NCBI GenBank assembly: GCA_009859145.1
Contig: VRVR01000031.1
Span: forward strand, 124,001 to 188,000
Reading direction: 5' to 3'
DNA: 64,000 bases
From: Andalucia godoyi And28
Taxonomy: Eukaryota > Protista > Jakobida
Shown: positions 48,901 to 59,639 of the stretch, piece after piece
Layout of the letters: each line of letters opens with the position of its first letter
How positions within the stretch are numbered: position 1 is the stretch's first letter
The notes under the pieces: model-generated
Told to the model about the DNA's origin: nothing
What the model saw: only the letters and a program-made list of their open reading frames with translations
The model's database searches: none
Program-made: the position numbers and the translations under genes

Positions 48901-50250
48901 GGAATTCGATTCATCATCTGGGACAAAGATCCACTGCGCAGCCACAATGCGATGAGGAGACGTGCCGCCTTCACGAGTCGGCATAACAATTTCTACTTCA
49001 TATTCTGCGACAACTGCCATCCCCTGGCCTGGAACAAACCCGTCGATTTTCAGATTTGCTTCTCCTTGCGCAACCAATCCTATGGAGGACTGCGCAAGGT
49101 TTACAGTGACAATCGACAGCAAACTGAATCCAGAATGCACCCCAATTCGCAGATACCGTCCTGATGTGTGGGGATTAACGACCAGGGAAGGAACACCGAA
49201 GCTCTGTCTCGTAACAAACTGAATGGTACTCAACAGCTTCTGCTCGACAGCAGGAGGAATGGTGATGCGAAGACGTGACAAGGAAAGCGGAGCATGCTCC
49301 AACAGCAATGGTTTGAACAAGCAGGACAAGGGCATCATCCATCGGAACTTATCCAAAGGCGGAACCGGCTGCGACCACGGATCGTAGAGTCCTGGTATAC
49401 ACTCCCGGTCGCTCACGATGCAATTTTCTCTCAAATACCGAGATGCGCCCCTTCGGGACAACTCGCGATGAGAAAGGAAGGCATACTGCACAGCGCTGCC
49501 GATGCAGCGAGTCTGCGACAACAAACTGTCGATGCCCATTTCAAATAAAGTCAAGATTCGAGGAGTGGATTTCTGAAGTGGTATTTCATGGACACGCGAA
49601 GGAATCACAGAGGAGCTTAGCTCGGCACCTTCGGCAGGATATAATGATGCAACGTCTCCATCGATCCCCTTGGTTGATGCAAAAACAGGGAGCATGGCCC
49701 ATCCAATGGAATGCCCTTTATCGGTGCCATCGGTCAGCGACGCTTCTATGACCAATACGGTACTTTCGTCAAACACCGAAGTATGAAAAACAAACGACTG
49801 CCTCACAGCACTGTCGACGACCCCTCTGTCTGACATACGCACTTTGGCTGGGGTTCCCACACCAGTCGAACCAAAAAAAGTTCTTCTTGATAGCGAGTAC
49901 AACGACACTGAAACCAACAGCGAATAATTTGCAATCTCCCAGCTCGAAACAATTGATTTTGGAACCTTTAGACCAGAAAGACTGTGAATGTACAACATAA
50001 AAGGGACTGAAGACCGAGGTCTCAACATTGACGACGACGACGAAGCATTCAGCGAAGCATTCAGATTTGTCGTCGAAGCGCTGGCGGAGTTCGGCAGCCC
50101 CGTGGAAGCGAGATCAAACTCGGAACCAACATTCGAAATTGATATGGGAAGTGGAGAAAACTTCTTGACAGTCGCCAGGAATCTGCGAACCGAACGTGAA
50201 GGCTGCTTCAAAAGGATCGTGCTTCCCATTTTTTCACTTCCGACAGGCAT
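45973..50250 (-). CDS. NPHP4: Nephrocystin-4 (ciliary transition zone protein)
   Basis: N-terminal VSLYSLSRRTFFGST..FVFHTS, SIGWAMLP, LQKSTPRIL, and C-terminal KKVAYKNPYPSARTF..VFVNDEQDRNEECLHVKV match NPHP4. Confidence 0.9.
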   Translation of the reverse strand: MPVGSEKMGSTILLKQPSRSVRRFLATVKKFSPLPISISNVGSEFDLASTGLPNSASASTTNLNASLNASSSSSMLRPRSSVPFMLYIHSLSGLKVPKSIVSSWEIANYSLLVSVSLYSLSRRTFFGSTGVGTPAKVRMSDRGVVDSAVRQSFVFHTSVFDESTVLVIEASLTDGTDKGHSIGWAMLPVFASTKGIDGDVASLYPAEGAELSSSVIPSRVHEIPLQKSTPRILTLFEMGIDSLLSQTRCIGSAVQYAFLSHRELSRRGASRYLRENCIVSDRECIPGLYDPWSQPVPPLDKFRWMMPLSCLFKPLLLEHAPLSLSRLRITIPPAVEQKLLSTIQFVTRQSFGVPSLVVNPHTSGRYLRIGVHSGFSLLSIVTVNLAQSSIGLVAQGEANLKIDGFVPGQGMAVVAEYEVEIVMPTREGGTSPHRIVAAQWIFVPDDESNSGKSEAGQKEVGFRMGAVPVSESLFRPGLLVARSVEPPRIGETVETGCEFEVFVSGLTPSSSRPKLQKEAPATAPVKKENKKQEKVPKKDEGGAGDEIAIISASASVEKSTRPPLPSPVAKEPPKPEPPTPSVAAASVDRSGNRRKHPEELDDPMLIDLLVQKSSSTSGSNDLASLIAPLPRQLLRRFLMSPAGAAVQCTFNALSFVSIRFPFVDDDRAVSASIRDVHDIVLQLWGFQTPDTADASLGRVSFSTSFFVFPPISTLGTPSSLERVSPQSNMLVLVSSQGHLGIEIRFRVDPRSLTPCLRTMYSTYLSSSSSEITVWDADGHFPKGTVSVPWKALLNAVECGDTSVWLALPVVSDIFRGSALKNKLIVRVSAVRVPSSFGQASSVLGTDYDVSSPALPGGAGSRTVRVPRIVERTPALQNAAQFVGPVDVTVRKQLHVERWNQISHVPTSVSDENIAVQQVEDAIERIRTAERQQIISDQLRSYASETHTITLMRGYTRMVETLVKNPYSSPAVFAFSAVEEEGDGRLSVEVSPLRSSKLFRKLQAEKKDYCPNRNPLLDHVVFNETLVDDRGMIALDAHEKALLAVKVSLRDSPVSGLEYEEAEVRFVLRLKNMAGDTVRSLQLVVRSIPHVVNKTIWCITPPRELVKLEMELKGNDNDSSLTANSQRTSGSSFGSRKMVLQTAHGFTHSSWPDTVIQSTDNVKVIAKFTPPPQDSSLWISSYFRRSSVCALRFYDSEEMTVPSYVLNVVYEIPTLYKAMQGTVGQSTRDVLDLPLQSFGTRLVRVMSSEPLVVYCEPKEAFYWSPSTATAIGVIFRPSSTSRTEVLLHWMDVETNEHLMTALVIASAVMPPISKSFDLVVPLVSTAIIKNDEKLSQQDNDTARRGLLKKVAYKNPYPSARTFNLFSSDESVCYMREVSMQVAAREKEYIHMVFPYGTETTPKEVYVFVNDEQDRNEECLHVKVRYA

Positions 50251-50462
50251 CGTAAACGGCAAATCTTTGAAGAACAGAGAGACAGCGAGAGAGACAGAGA
50301 GAAAGAAAGACAAAGTATGCAGAAAATCTTGATACTGACAAAAAAAAAAAAAAAAGACATGCCTTGTCGTAACTGTCCCGCCCCGGCGGCCCTACCTCAG
50401 CGTGTATGGCAGACCGTTTTGCGTATGAACACCAAACAGCACCGTACTGACCCTATGGGACG

Positions 50463-51059
50463 CGATTTCCTAACCGTAGTCAAGTCCAGAATTTCTCTCA
50501 TTCTTTCACTTTCTTTTCTTTCCACTATTTTCTGTTTGTCTGTTTGTCTGTTTGTTTGTTTGTTTATAATCGAATCCTCAAGCAGACACAGCATCTCATG
50601 GCTCCAGAGAGCGGTCTTCCCAGCAAACGCAAACTGGCCATGCCCAAAGATACCGAGAACCAAGAAAACCCGTTGATTCCCTCTCGTCGGAGGCGGTGAG
50701 CAAGAAGAAGATCATCGTCAGACAGCTGAGCAAGATATTTTAAATCACAAAGATGTGATCGATTTGCGTTCGGAATGCGCTTTCAAGTCAGAGAACAAGA
50801 AGGAGCAAAGGCAAAGGCGTCGTCAGGCGCGATGTGCAGCACCGCCGACCGCATTCCGTTTCCTCCAACGTTCATTTTTTTTTTTTGAACGACGAATCGA
50901 TTGGGGAATAGAATATGTCGATTGCGATGACCCTTTGATGGCCAGCAGTCTGCATTGCAGAGGTGGTGCTCGCCCCAAATTAAAATAAAAACATGTGGCT
51001 TTGGACCCGTCTTCGGTGACAACCTAGCCGATGACCCAATACTGATTCATGTTTTTGGC
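50463..51059 (-). repeat. Inverted repeat, copy B (~597 bp)
   Basis: Near-identical inverted copy of 44519-45114. Confidence 0.95.
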
Positions 51060-51555
51060 AGAAGTGGTCACTCCCATGCAACCCCAGCATCAAGTGACAG
51101 ACGCCAATTACCGTTACGACAGTTCCATTTTTGACGAAAAACGAATTTGTAAGCACTACATTGGGGGGCGTGTTGCAACCTCCCGCTGCTTGGGAGGCAT
51201 CGGAGGAGACACGCAACAGTGCGCAAACCCACCCAGTCGACAGAGGGCCGCCACTCTTACGCGGGCTCTTGTTTGTATTTTTTTGGAGAGAAAAGAACTG
51301 CTTTTGGAACAAACGGAAGCGTTCCTCCGATGCACTTGACGTCAAGTTGCAAGCAATATAACCTGCGATCAATCACGGCGAAACCCGCATTTGGCACACG
51401 TGCTTAAGCAGTTGCAAGCCCAATGATAAATATAAGAAACCGATAAAAAGGAGGACGATTTTATTTCAACCTCGCATCCTTCTTCATTTCGTTATCATTT
51501 TTTCTCGCCTTACCTCCCCTTTTAGTGTATTAATCCATACTGTCATTTTTCAGCA

Positions 51556-51789
51556 ATGTATGTGAAGCGCGCCGGCTCATGGAGAACCAAGAATGGATGC
51601 AAACCAATGGATGACCCCCAGATGTTCCAAAACGAGGAGATGGTCCGGGGAATCCGGGAAGAACTCCAGCAAGCCGTGGACACGTATCGAGAGGGAAACT
51701 CAAACTTTGCAAAAGCGCTTGAGCAAGCCGCGTACAGGTGGATGATCATCAAGGAAGAAATGGCAGCGAACGAAGAAGCAACCTATTAA
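51556..51789 (+). CDS. Small hypothetical helical protein (77 aa, or 60 aa from MDDPQ)
   Basis: MDDPQMFQNEEMVRGIREELQQAVDTYREGNSNFAKALEQAAYRWMIIKEE has coding-like composition and is convergent with PPCDC. Confidence 0.55.
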   Translation: MYVKRAGSWRTKNGCKPMDDPQMFQNEEMVRGIREELQQAVDTYREGNSNFAKALEQAAYRWMIIKEEMAANEEATY

Positions 51790-51874
51790 TCTTAACAGGG
51801 ATGATAATAAAGAGCATACAAATAAAATCATGTGAATCGAAGAAGCCAGAGATAATCAAGAAGTCAGTGCCGCG

Positions 51875-52477
51875 TCATGCTGAAAACTTGCGTCGAGCAA
51901 TCTGCGAAAGAATTTCGCAAATGTCCGAAACCTCAGCCATTGCTCCCACACCAACATCTCCGCATGCAAGCTTCTTCGCCACCGGATCCACCACCTGGTA
52001 CCCGAGCTGCTTAGAAAGAACATCCAGCTGCTTAGGCGTAAACGGATGCTCCCACATGTACGTATTCATAGCTGGGGCAACAAGAATAGGCTTTTGAAAG
52101 TCCCAAGCCCTTGCCACGCATGTCAAGAGGGTGTCGCAGATTCCGTTAGAAAGTTTTGCCAATGTGTTCGCGCTGAGCGGTGCAATGCAAAAGACGTCCG
52201 CCCACTTCCGCAATTCAATATGCAGTACAGGATCGCCGTGTCGATAGGATGTCCATTCATCAGAATCTCGATACCACTTATCAACCAGTTTTTCAACTAC
52301 GATTCGTTGAGATTCCAAAAAATGTTCTGATCGAGATGTCGATACCACACGCACAACAAACTGCCCAGTGGAGTGCAGCAGTTGCAGCAGCGGCAGAAGC
52401 TTAATAGCCGCCACGGAACCTGTAACTCCAAGCAGCAGGTTCAGCTTTTGGTTACTGACTTCGCTGTTCTCATTCAT
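51875..52477 (-). CDS. PPCDC: Phosphopantothenoylcysteine decarboxylase (HAL3/CoaC)
   Basis: LLGVTGSVAAIK, VLHIELRKWAD, APLSANTLAK, VAPAMNTYMWEHP, LACGDVGVGAMAE. Confidence 0.95.
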   Translation of the reverse strand: MNENSEVSNQKLNLLLGVTGSVAAIKLLPLLQLLHSTGQFVVRVVSTSRSEHFLESQRIVVEKLVDKWYRDSDEWTSYRHGDPVLHIELRKWADVFCIAPLSANTLAKLSNGICDTLLTCVARAWDFQKPILVAPAMNTYMWEHPFTPKQLDVLSKQLGYQVVDPVAKKLACGDVGVGAMAEVSDICEILSQIARRKFSA

Positions 52478-53016
52478 GAGAGGAATGAGGAGTGAGGGGA
52501 GGGGGGAGGGGGCAGTACAAAAACAACCGCTGCCACGTCGTGGAGAATCAGTCTGCGGGGTTTCAAGGTTTCCTCGGAAAACAGACTGACAAAACAGCAG
52601 AGAAAAAGGCTAGCACGAGGATTCGGGAAAATCAGGAATCAGCAAAGCTTTCGTGAAACTCTACATTTGAGTCCACATGCTGCGTGGCTTTTGACGCAAG
52701 GAAGTCTCCGGAAAAAAACCGACAAGAATGCCGGATGGAATGATAATAACCCAATAAATCCTGATCAGATTGTTTTTTAAAAAATAATATTACCGTTTTC
52801 CGCTTTACTTACACGAAAACAAGACCGCTGTTTGGGCGTTTGAACGCATTTTCCGAGCGTAAAGAAGAGGCCTTGTGTGTTCATCCGGCTTCAACATTCA
52901 CAGTTTTCATCTATTTATATGCACCGTGTCTGCGAATCGGAACATTCCTTCTCCTCCTCCTCCTCCTCCTCCTCCTCCTTCTTCTTCTTCTTCTTCCTCC
53001 AGTCCGTTGTACATAC

Positions 53017-55581
53017 ATGTTCAGAGGATCCGGTTCCTTTGATCCGCAGTATCGATCCAATTCAATCTTGCAAGGACCTTCCGCGTCTTCGGCTCGAACT
53101 CAGTCAAATGGAACGCAGTACTTGTCTCTGTCCGGTAGAAAACCCATAAGGCCCTCTTCTGCAGCACCGACGAGGCCTCCTTCCAATAGTGTCCTTTCTA
53201 ATAATCAGTTCTTGCATGCAACTCCAACGCCATTCCTACGCCCGACTTCTCCAGATTCTTTGCAAGTCTCCAGCGTGAAGAATGCCCCGCAAAACACGTT
53301 TCGGTCTTCGAAGCAGATTACGTCACAGCAGCAACAGCCGCAGCAGCAACACATGCAGCAACAACAACAGATGCAGCTTTCGCAGCGCAACTACGAGATT
53401 TCTGCGACTGGCGTTCCTGTTCGGTCTCAGCAAAGACCTGCCAGTGCATCGCAGATTCAAGGCGCACCTTCTTCGAATTCATTACTGCAGCAGCCCAGCA
53501 ATAGCGTCTTCTCTCCTCCCGGATCCAGCAATGCATCTGTTGTGAGAACACCCGAAGCGATGTCCGCTGCACACTTTGTGCTGCCGACGAATCAAGATAC
53601 TCTGGTGATTCACGTTGTTGACGAACCCCATGATCTGATTCAAGATGTGTATGTTTCCAGATGGTGCGTCGTCCAGTGGATGAAATATTTCAATGCCTAT
53701 TTGTCTGCAGAAGATGCGCATGACCATGATGTTCCCCAGACAACAACCGACATAGATATTTCCGTTCATTGTGATACAACGGTGTTTCGGTGGCTGATGT
53801 TCTACGTGCACGCCTCGTCGAGAGAACTTGCAAACTGCCCTTCGTATGTTCATATTTCCAAGGAACTCGCAAAGCCGTCACTGGACACTTCCATGGTGCT
53901 TAGTGTGTTAATTTCTGCAGAGTTTCTGAAAATGGAGCAATTGACAAACACGTGTGTCCACTTCATTGTCATGCATCTTCTTGAAATGATTCGCATGCCA
54001 TTGGATTTCGAGTGCTTGACTCGAGAGATTGTTGAGAAGCTTTCGAAAGAATTGACCGTGGACCAGCTGGAATCACTTTATGTGCGTGATCGACGCGATC
54101 GACTGTCTTCTGTCTTGTGGAGTGCAAAGGTCGATTGCCATGTTTCATCGTCGGACTGGGTTCTTTCTCAATGTGTCTTTTGCGGCGCTGTCTATGCTGA
54201 TTACTTGCACGATTCGCTGGTATGTCCCAAGGCGAAGATTTTTGTCGATTTCCACGGCAACGTCGTTGCTCAACATTATCCCGACGAATCATTTTCCACA
54301 AAGCGCTACGTTTCAAAGTTGCGCAGCGGTTCCGTGAAGACCACAAAGAAAGCATCGGCTTCTTCCACCAATGGTATGTCACCGAGGGGCCTTTATTGGA
54401 AACTGTGGGGGATGGTCACTTCGTTGCAGTGTGGCCGCTGTGGGCTGCCTTTTCCTGTTGCTGAGCTTGAGCACTGCGCATTTCATCCTCAGCAAGCTGT
54501 TTTCAGTGCAGGGAGCAACGTTGGTGAATATCCGTGCTGCCACTCTCAAGCACTTCGGTTTGATTCTTCCAATGTTGTGATATCGGGATGTTGTGGACAG
54601 TTGCATTCGGTGGTAGGAGCCGAAGAATCGCCTCAACTTGATATCCTGAAGCTTACGGATGCTCACAAAGACTCCGTTATGGTACCTTTTGCACCAAGGT
54701 TGTCTCTCAAGGAGACCAAGGAAATTTCCAATACAGGCGTCAGGAAGGCAGTCGCTGCAAAACCCGACGTTTCGAAAAAGGCGGTTGGACCTGCACGCGA
54801 ACAATCATCGAGGAATGCAAATAAGAATGTAGTGACAAGCGATGAGGATTCTGTTGAAATTGATGACGATGAGGAAGATACTGATGATGACAGTGCTAGT
54901 GACGAGTCGAGCGATTCGTCTGATGGAAATGAGGGCGAAGATACCAAAATCGGGGGCAGAGATGAAAACAACCGGAACAGTGTCCGTGCTGCTGCTGCTG
55001 TTGCTGTTGCTGTTGCTGTTGATGATGATGATGATGATGATGATGATGACGATGACGACGACGATGAAGTTGACGACGAGTATGATAACTATTTGGATGA
55101 TGATGACGACGACGATGACGATGATGATTTGGATAATGATGGAACGGATGACGATGCCGATGCCGACGATGATGATGTAGACCGTGGTTTCAGTAGTCAG
55201 GGCAAACGAGCAGGATTTCTTTCAATGTTTCCACGGCCTCCGCGGTCCACAACGCCTACGAAGAAGAAAACGAAGAAGAACAAGAAAAATAGGCTTCCTG
55301 CACACGAAACAAATGGATCCAAAGAACGGGTTATTGCTTTGGATATTTTGCGTGAAGAAGATGACTATCGCATTCGACTTTTGTCGCAAAAACTCATTCT
55401 TCTTCGCAGGGAGATTTCACAGAAAGGCGATGTCACTCTTTTGTCATCCGGTCAATTACGGACTGTCAAAAGCGTGACGATGACGAAGCCCGGAGTGTCG
55501 GTTTCCGGGGGCTCTCAGCCCGCTCGCCAGGCTCGACCTTCTTCGGCGACAAACGACAAAAGAAAGTATGTGGGCAAGTAG
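53017..55581 (+). CDS. SANBR: SANBR/KIAA1841-like (DUF3342) protein with long poly-Asp tract
   Basis: IHVVDE..MKYFNAYL..IDISVHCDTTVFRWLM, VLSVLISAEFLKMEQL, CAFHP..YPCC, and DILREEDD near the C-terminus; the (GAT/GAC)n tract at about 55021-55177 encodes poly-Asp. Confidence 0.85.
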   Translation: MFRGSGSFDPQYRSNSILQGPSASSARTQSNGTQYLSLSGRKPIRPSSAAPTRPPSNSVLSNNQFLHATPTPFLRPTSPDSLQVSSVKNAPQNTFRSSKQITSQQQQPQQQHMQQQQQMQLSQRNYEISATGVPVRSQQRPASASQIQGAPSSNSLLQQPSNSVFSPPGSSNASVVRTPEAMSAAHFVLPTNQDTLVIHVVDEPHDLIQDVYVSRWCVVQWMKYFNAYLSAEDAHDHDVPQTTTDIDISVHCDTTVFRWLMFYVHASSRELANCPSYVHISKELAKPSLDTSMVLSVLISAEFLKMEQLTNTCVHFIVMHLLEMIRMPLDFECLTREIVEKLSKELTVDQLESLYVRDRRDRLSSVLWSAKVDCHVSSSDWVLSQCVFCGAVYADYLHDSLVCPKAKIFVDFHGNVVAQHYPDESFSTKRYVSKLRSGSVKTTKKASASSTNGMSPRGLYWKLWGMVTSLQCGRCGLPFPVAELEHCAFHPQQAVFSAGSNVGEYPCCHSQALRFDSSNVVISGCCGQLHSVVGAEESPQLDILKLTDAHKDSVMVPFAPRLSLKETKEISNTGVRKAVAAKPDVSKKAVGPAREQSSRNANKNVVTSDEDSVEIDDDEEDTDDDSASDESSDSSDGNEGEDTKIGGRDENNRNSVRAAAAVAVAVAVDDDDDDDDDDDDDDDEVDDEYDNYLDDDDDDDDDDDLDNDGTDDDADADDDDVDRGFSSQGKRAGFLSMFPRPPRSTTPTKKKTKKNKKNRLPAHETNGSKERVIALDILREEDDYRIRLLSQKLILLRREISQKGDVTLLSSGQLRTVKSVTMTKPGVSVSGGSQPARQARPSSATNDKRKYVGK

Positions 55582-55969
55582 TAAGAGGTGAGGGCACAGC
55601 AGTATAATGAATATATAGGTTCACAGAAAAATTAATTAAAAAAAAATATTAAAAACTCAACAAAAAAAAAATTCATCCTTACAAGTAAGACTCTCTGGCT
55701 AAACGCACGACCAGGAGACCAGAGCATAAAGCATTGCGGGTTACAATAGTGAAAATGATACGCCTCCGAAGAGGAATGCGCGAATGCGCTTTCCCTCAAG
55801 GAACTGTGACGTGAAGAAAAGAAGGAAGGGTAGACAAAGAGAAAGAGAAGAATGGAAGCACTCCACTCCAACATAAGAAATATATAAACGTAAACGATTC
55901 AGTCAGTTATAATGGAAGAACGACAGTGACACACTTGAGCGGAAGGGGGGGGGGGGGGGAGGGGGAACA

Positions 55970-56893
55970 TCAGAGGAAGTACTCCGGCATCGGCTTCTTT
56001 GCTGGAATGCCTCGAGCTTCTTGCGGTGCTGCTGGGAACACTTTGAAATTCTTGTTCAAATTCTCATCCAGTTCCAAGATCGCTGCGACATTGCCGCAGC
56101 GGTAACAATAATTCGGAGCTGACCATACAGTGACCAGCGAGTCATGGAACATGTACTTGTAGCCTTCCATCACCAGTTGATGAGCTCTGCAAATGAGATC
56201 GATTTTGTTTGTTTGATTGAATGCAGCAACAACGTCTCCTCCAAACAAGTATCCAGCACCACGAGGGGACAGTCCCCATCCTTCCACATCCTCTGGATCG
56301 GACCACAGCAAATCACACATTGCTCCGTCGTGCGGAACTTCCCGTTTCCGGTCAATGGTTCTGATCTGATCAAGAGTATTCACAGAAGGCGACAGACCGC
56401 CGTGTACACAAAAGATACGATCATCGACGATAGCAGAGAGCGAAAGATAGTCGAAAATTTCTGTGCAATATCTCCACACATTCACAGAGCCATACTTCCG
56501 CAGACATTCGTCGTAGAATCCATAGACTTGTGTGATCTGCCGCGACTCGTGGTTTCCTCGGATAAGAGTGATTCGGTCTGGGTAGCGTACCTTCAGTGCC
56601 AGTAGCAACAGAAATGTCTCGACGGAATAAAATCCACGATCCACAAAGTCACCCATAAACAAATAGTTAGTCTCGGGAACATCTCCGCCTACTTTGAAAA
56701 GCTCCTTGAGATCATAAAACTGTCCGTGGATGTCTCCACAAATCGTGACTGGCGCCGCAATTCGCTGGACATTTGATTCTTCAAGAAGAATTTCGCGAGC
56801 CTTGTTGCAAAGAGCCTTCACCTCGCTCTCTTTGATGTACTCGCAGTTCCGAAGCTGCTCAATCCACCGGTCCAGATCAGCAGCTGAGCACAT
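55970..56893 (-). CDS. PPP4C: Serine/threonine protein phosphatase 4 catalytic subunit
   Basis: [63 protein letters not shown]; C-terminus KKPMPEYFL. Confidence 0.97.
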   Translation of the reverse strand: MCSAADLDRWIEQLRNCEYIKESEVKALCNKAREILLEESNVQRIAAPVTICGDIHGQFYDLKELFKVGGDVPETNYLFMGDFVDRGFYSVETFLLLLALKVRYPDRITLIRGNHESRQITQVYGFYDECLRKYGSVNVWRYCTEIFDYLSLSAIVDDRIFCVHGGLSPSVNTLDQIRTIDRKREVPHDGAMCDLLWSDPEDVEGWGLSPRGAGYLFGGDVVAAFNQTNKIDLICRAHQLVMEGYKYMFHDSLVTVWSAPNYCYRCGNVAAILELDENLNKNFKVFPAAPQEARGIPAKKPMPEYFL

Positions 56894-57532
56894 GTGGTTC
56901 AAGATGAGACGACGATGCGACTGAACAGGACAAATCCTTTGAGGAAAACAAAGGATGGGACGGATTTAGATTTCAAAAAAAACAACAACAATAACAACAC
57001 CAACCTCTGAGAAGAAACATCAAAAGGGGAAATGAAGACACAATGAAAAATCGAGATCAACCAGCTTCAATTCCTTCCCAATAGGAAGCTTTAGAGAAAA
57101 AGACCTTTGAAAGACATGCATACTGGACCGTCTACGGTGTCGTTCATGGGAGGTGAAAGTTCGCCGCCTCTGACACTCCCGCTGTGTGTCAGCGAGCGCC
57201 GGACATGACATGACTCGTGGGTTCGTGAGTCGTGACTGACAGAACACCCATTCGGCACCCGTGTTTTTTCATTTGTGGTTTTAACGATCTTTTGGCCGTT
57301 CCGAGCACTGCGCAGTTTTCTCGAAAGGGTTTTGTTTGTTGTTTTTGCTTGTTGTCTTTTTTGGCTGTTTCCCCTCCTTCAGTTACCGTGTGTGTTTGTG
57401 TGTGTGGGAGTGTGACTGAGGGTGTGTACGCGAAGACCACCTGATTTTATTCTCATTGGTTTTATTTATTTACTCATTCCTCCGATCCGGTCCAACATCT
57501 TCATAATCTGCATCCTCTTTTGTAACGCAACA

Positions 57533-58093
57533 ATGTCTGGTAGAAATGCCAAATTAGTGGCGGTGCTGGAAAAAACAATCTCTGCTGGAGTTTCCGGCTG
57601 CCCATTCGAGACCTTCCTTGCTTTCTTCCCGTTTGCGACATCCGAAGCAGACCAAAACTTTTTGTTTGAGAGTTATTCGGAATTAATGCAGATGCTGCGG
57701 AGCAACATTGATGCCGAGTTCTCCAAGATTTGCGAAGAAATGCAGCTTTCGCCCAAATTAGATCGCCTGGATGAGCTTTTTTCACGGCATCAACAAGATT
57801 TGAAGGATGGCAAGCTTGATTACAAGGAAATGGATCCAATGCAGTATGCGAAAGATCTTGAAGCCCAAACATATTGGGAAGAAATTCGAGCCATTGAGGA
57901 GGAGACAGAGAAGCTACTTGCCGAAAACAGCGGTATTGAACGAGAGATTGCAGCAGCCCTGAAGGAGATGTCAAGCAATCGCAAATCGCTTGAGAGGACA
58001 GCTGTTGTTTTAGCACAGTCTGCGAACGATGCTGCCGATGCTCTCGAGGTTGTTTCTCGTTGGAGGCAGCAGACAGTTTCTGATCTGCCATGA
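57533..58093 (+). CDS. Nnf1/PMF1-like Mis12-complex kinetochore subunit
   Basis: KLVAVLEKTI..FETFLAFFP..QMLRSNIDAEFSKICEEMQLSPKLDRLDEL fits the Nnf1 pattern and is followed by a coiled coil. Confidence 0.7.
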   Translation: MSGRNAKLVAVLEKTISAGVSGCPFETFLAFFPFATSEADQNFLFESYSELMQMLRSNIDAEFSKICEEMQLSPKLDRLDELFSRHQQDLKDGKLDYKEMDPMQYAKDLEAQTYWEEIRAIEEETEKLLAENSGIEREIAAALKEMSSNRKSLERTAVVLAQSANDAADALEVVSRWRQQTVSDLP

Positions 58094-58500
58094 TGCCATG
58101 ATGCCTGTGCATTGTGCACTGTGTCATCTGTTAGACTATCAAACTCTATTGGCGTTCATCCACTTTGGGCGATTTATCTTTACGGACCTTCCCGCCCCAA
58201 AGGATCGACTCACTCGCTATTGTGGCAAACTCTCCACGCCAGATTTCCTGTTGTCCGTTGTCCGTTGTCCGTTGTCGTGGGCTTCTGTGGTGGTCGCCAA
58301 GACATTCCAAAAATCATCACGGAAATCGTTCTTTAGTTTGAGAATCGCTGCGAAAGCTCCCCCTGCATGCCTTTCGTGTACATTATTTTTAATTAAAAAA
58401 AAGCTTCGCTACGCTCGCTGACAAACAAAAAACCAAACAACCAAACAGCAAAATAAACAAGTAGAAAATAATGAAGAACACTGTTATTTATGACTGTGCA

Positions 58501-59133
58501 TCACGACCTCTTTGGTGCCACAACATCGTCATTCTGGAGTCTCACAACGGTGTTACAAGAGTTGACGAGCTGGACGACATTTAGGAACTGCTTAAGCAAA
58601 AATACAGGGGCGCACAGGAGCATTGGGAAGAACGCAATAGATGAATGATTCCACCAAAAGAGGAACACGTAGAAAAACTCATTGAGCAAGCACACGCCTC
58701 CGAGGACAATGCGGTTGTTGTAATACAAGTGCAGCAAGAAGAACTGCTTGACTTGTTTTCCGGTTTTGTCCAGGACTACCTTGTGCGACTCTGATCCCTG
58801 CGACAGAGAAGAGTACATTCGGAACCAATGTGAGAAAATGTCGAGGAACACAAGTGAGACAAACGTGGAAGTATAGACAGGATACGTCTGTGCGAGGATC
58901 ATGCAGAGTCCAGCAGTTCCGCATCGATCTGTAACCATGTCCAGGACCGCTCCGAGTTTGGAGGACTGACCAAGGAGTCGTGCGGCATACCCATCCGCTG
59001 CATCAAGAAGAAACGATGCAGAGTACATCCAAAGGAACATCACATAATCTCGCGACGCGACCGCGAATCCAGCAAGCGCCAGAATCACGCGCGCATATCC
59101 AATCAAGTTGGGCACATAAAAGTACACACTCAT
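58501..59133 (-). CDS. CDIPT: Phosphatidylinositol synthase (CDP-alcohol phosphatidyltransferase)
   Basis: VYFYVPNLIGYAR, LLDAADGYAARLLGQSSKLGAVLDMVTDR, LDIFSHW, SHK, YYNNR. Confidence 0.95.
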   Translation of the reverse strand: MSVYFYVPNLIGYARVILALAGFAVASRDYVMFLWMYSASFLLDAADGYAARLLGQSSKLGAVLDMVTDRCGTAGLCMILAQTYPVYTSTFVSLVFLDIFSHWFRMYSSLSQGSESHKVVLDKTGKQVKQFFLLHLYYNNRIVLGGVCLLNEFFYVFLFWWNHSSIAFFPMLLCAPVFLLKQFLNVVQLVNSCNTVVRLQNDDVVAPKRS

Positions 59134-59226
59134 GACAACCTCCCCGCCGAGCAACTACAATAAAAGAGCGCAGCGCACAAACGCAAATTTGGAAAAAACA
59201 AAACAAATCAAAACAAAAAATAATTC

Positions 59227-59277
<51 letters not shown>
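59227..59277. repeat. (AAT)17 microsatellite
   Basis: Directly visible in the divergent PIS/RCE1 intergenic region. Confidence 0.95.
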
Positions 59278-59519
59278 CACTTCAGGAATGGAAGGAATGG
59301 AAAGGACGAAAATGAGGCTGCCCGTGCTTGCTGACCTACGAGTTTTCTCAGCTGCTTTGACCGCTCATTTGCGGGTTTTTATTGACTGCGTGGGCCGCAG
59401 GTTGACTTGATGCAAGGACCGTTCCCGCGTTTTTTAAAATTTATTTCGACCGACTCGGTGGATTCATGTGCTTTAAGCATGCGTGGTGTAGCTGAGGAAG
59501 GAGAAAGAAGAAAGAAGAA

Positions 59520-59633
<114 letters not shown>

Positions 59634-59639
59634 AAGAGA

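Noticed and set aside
55970-56893. PP4 catalytic subunit and its demethylase PME-1 in the same window; PP4 ends EYFL rather than DYFL
   Set aside because: The genes are 41 kb apart with unrelated genes between them, and the substitution is conservative; there is no evidence of a cluster.
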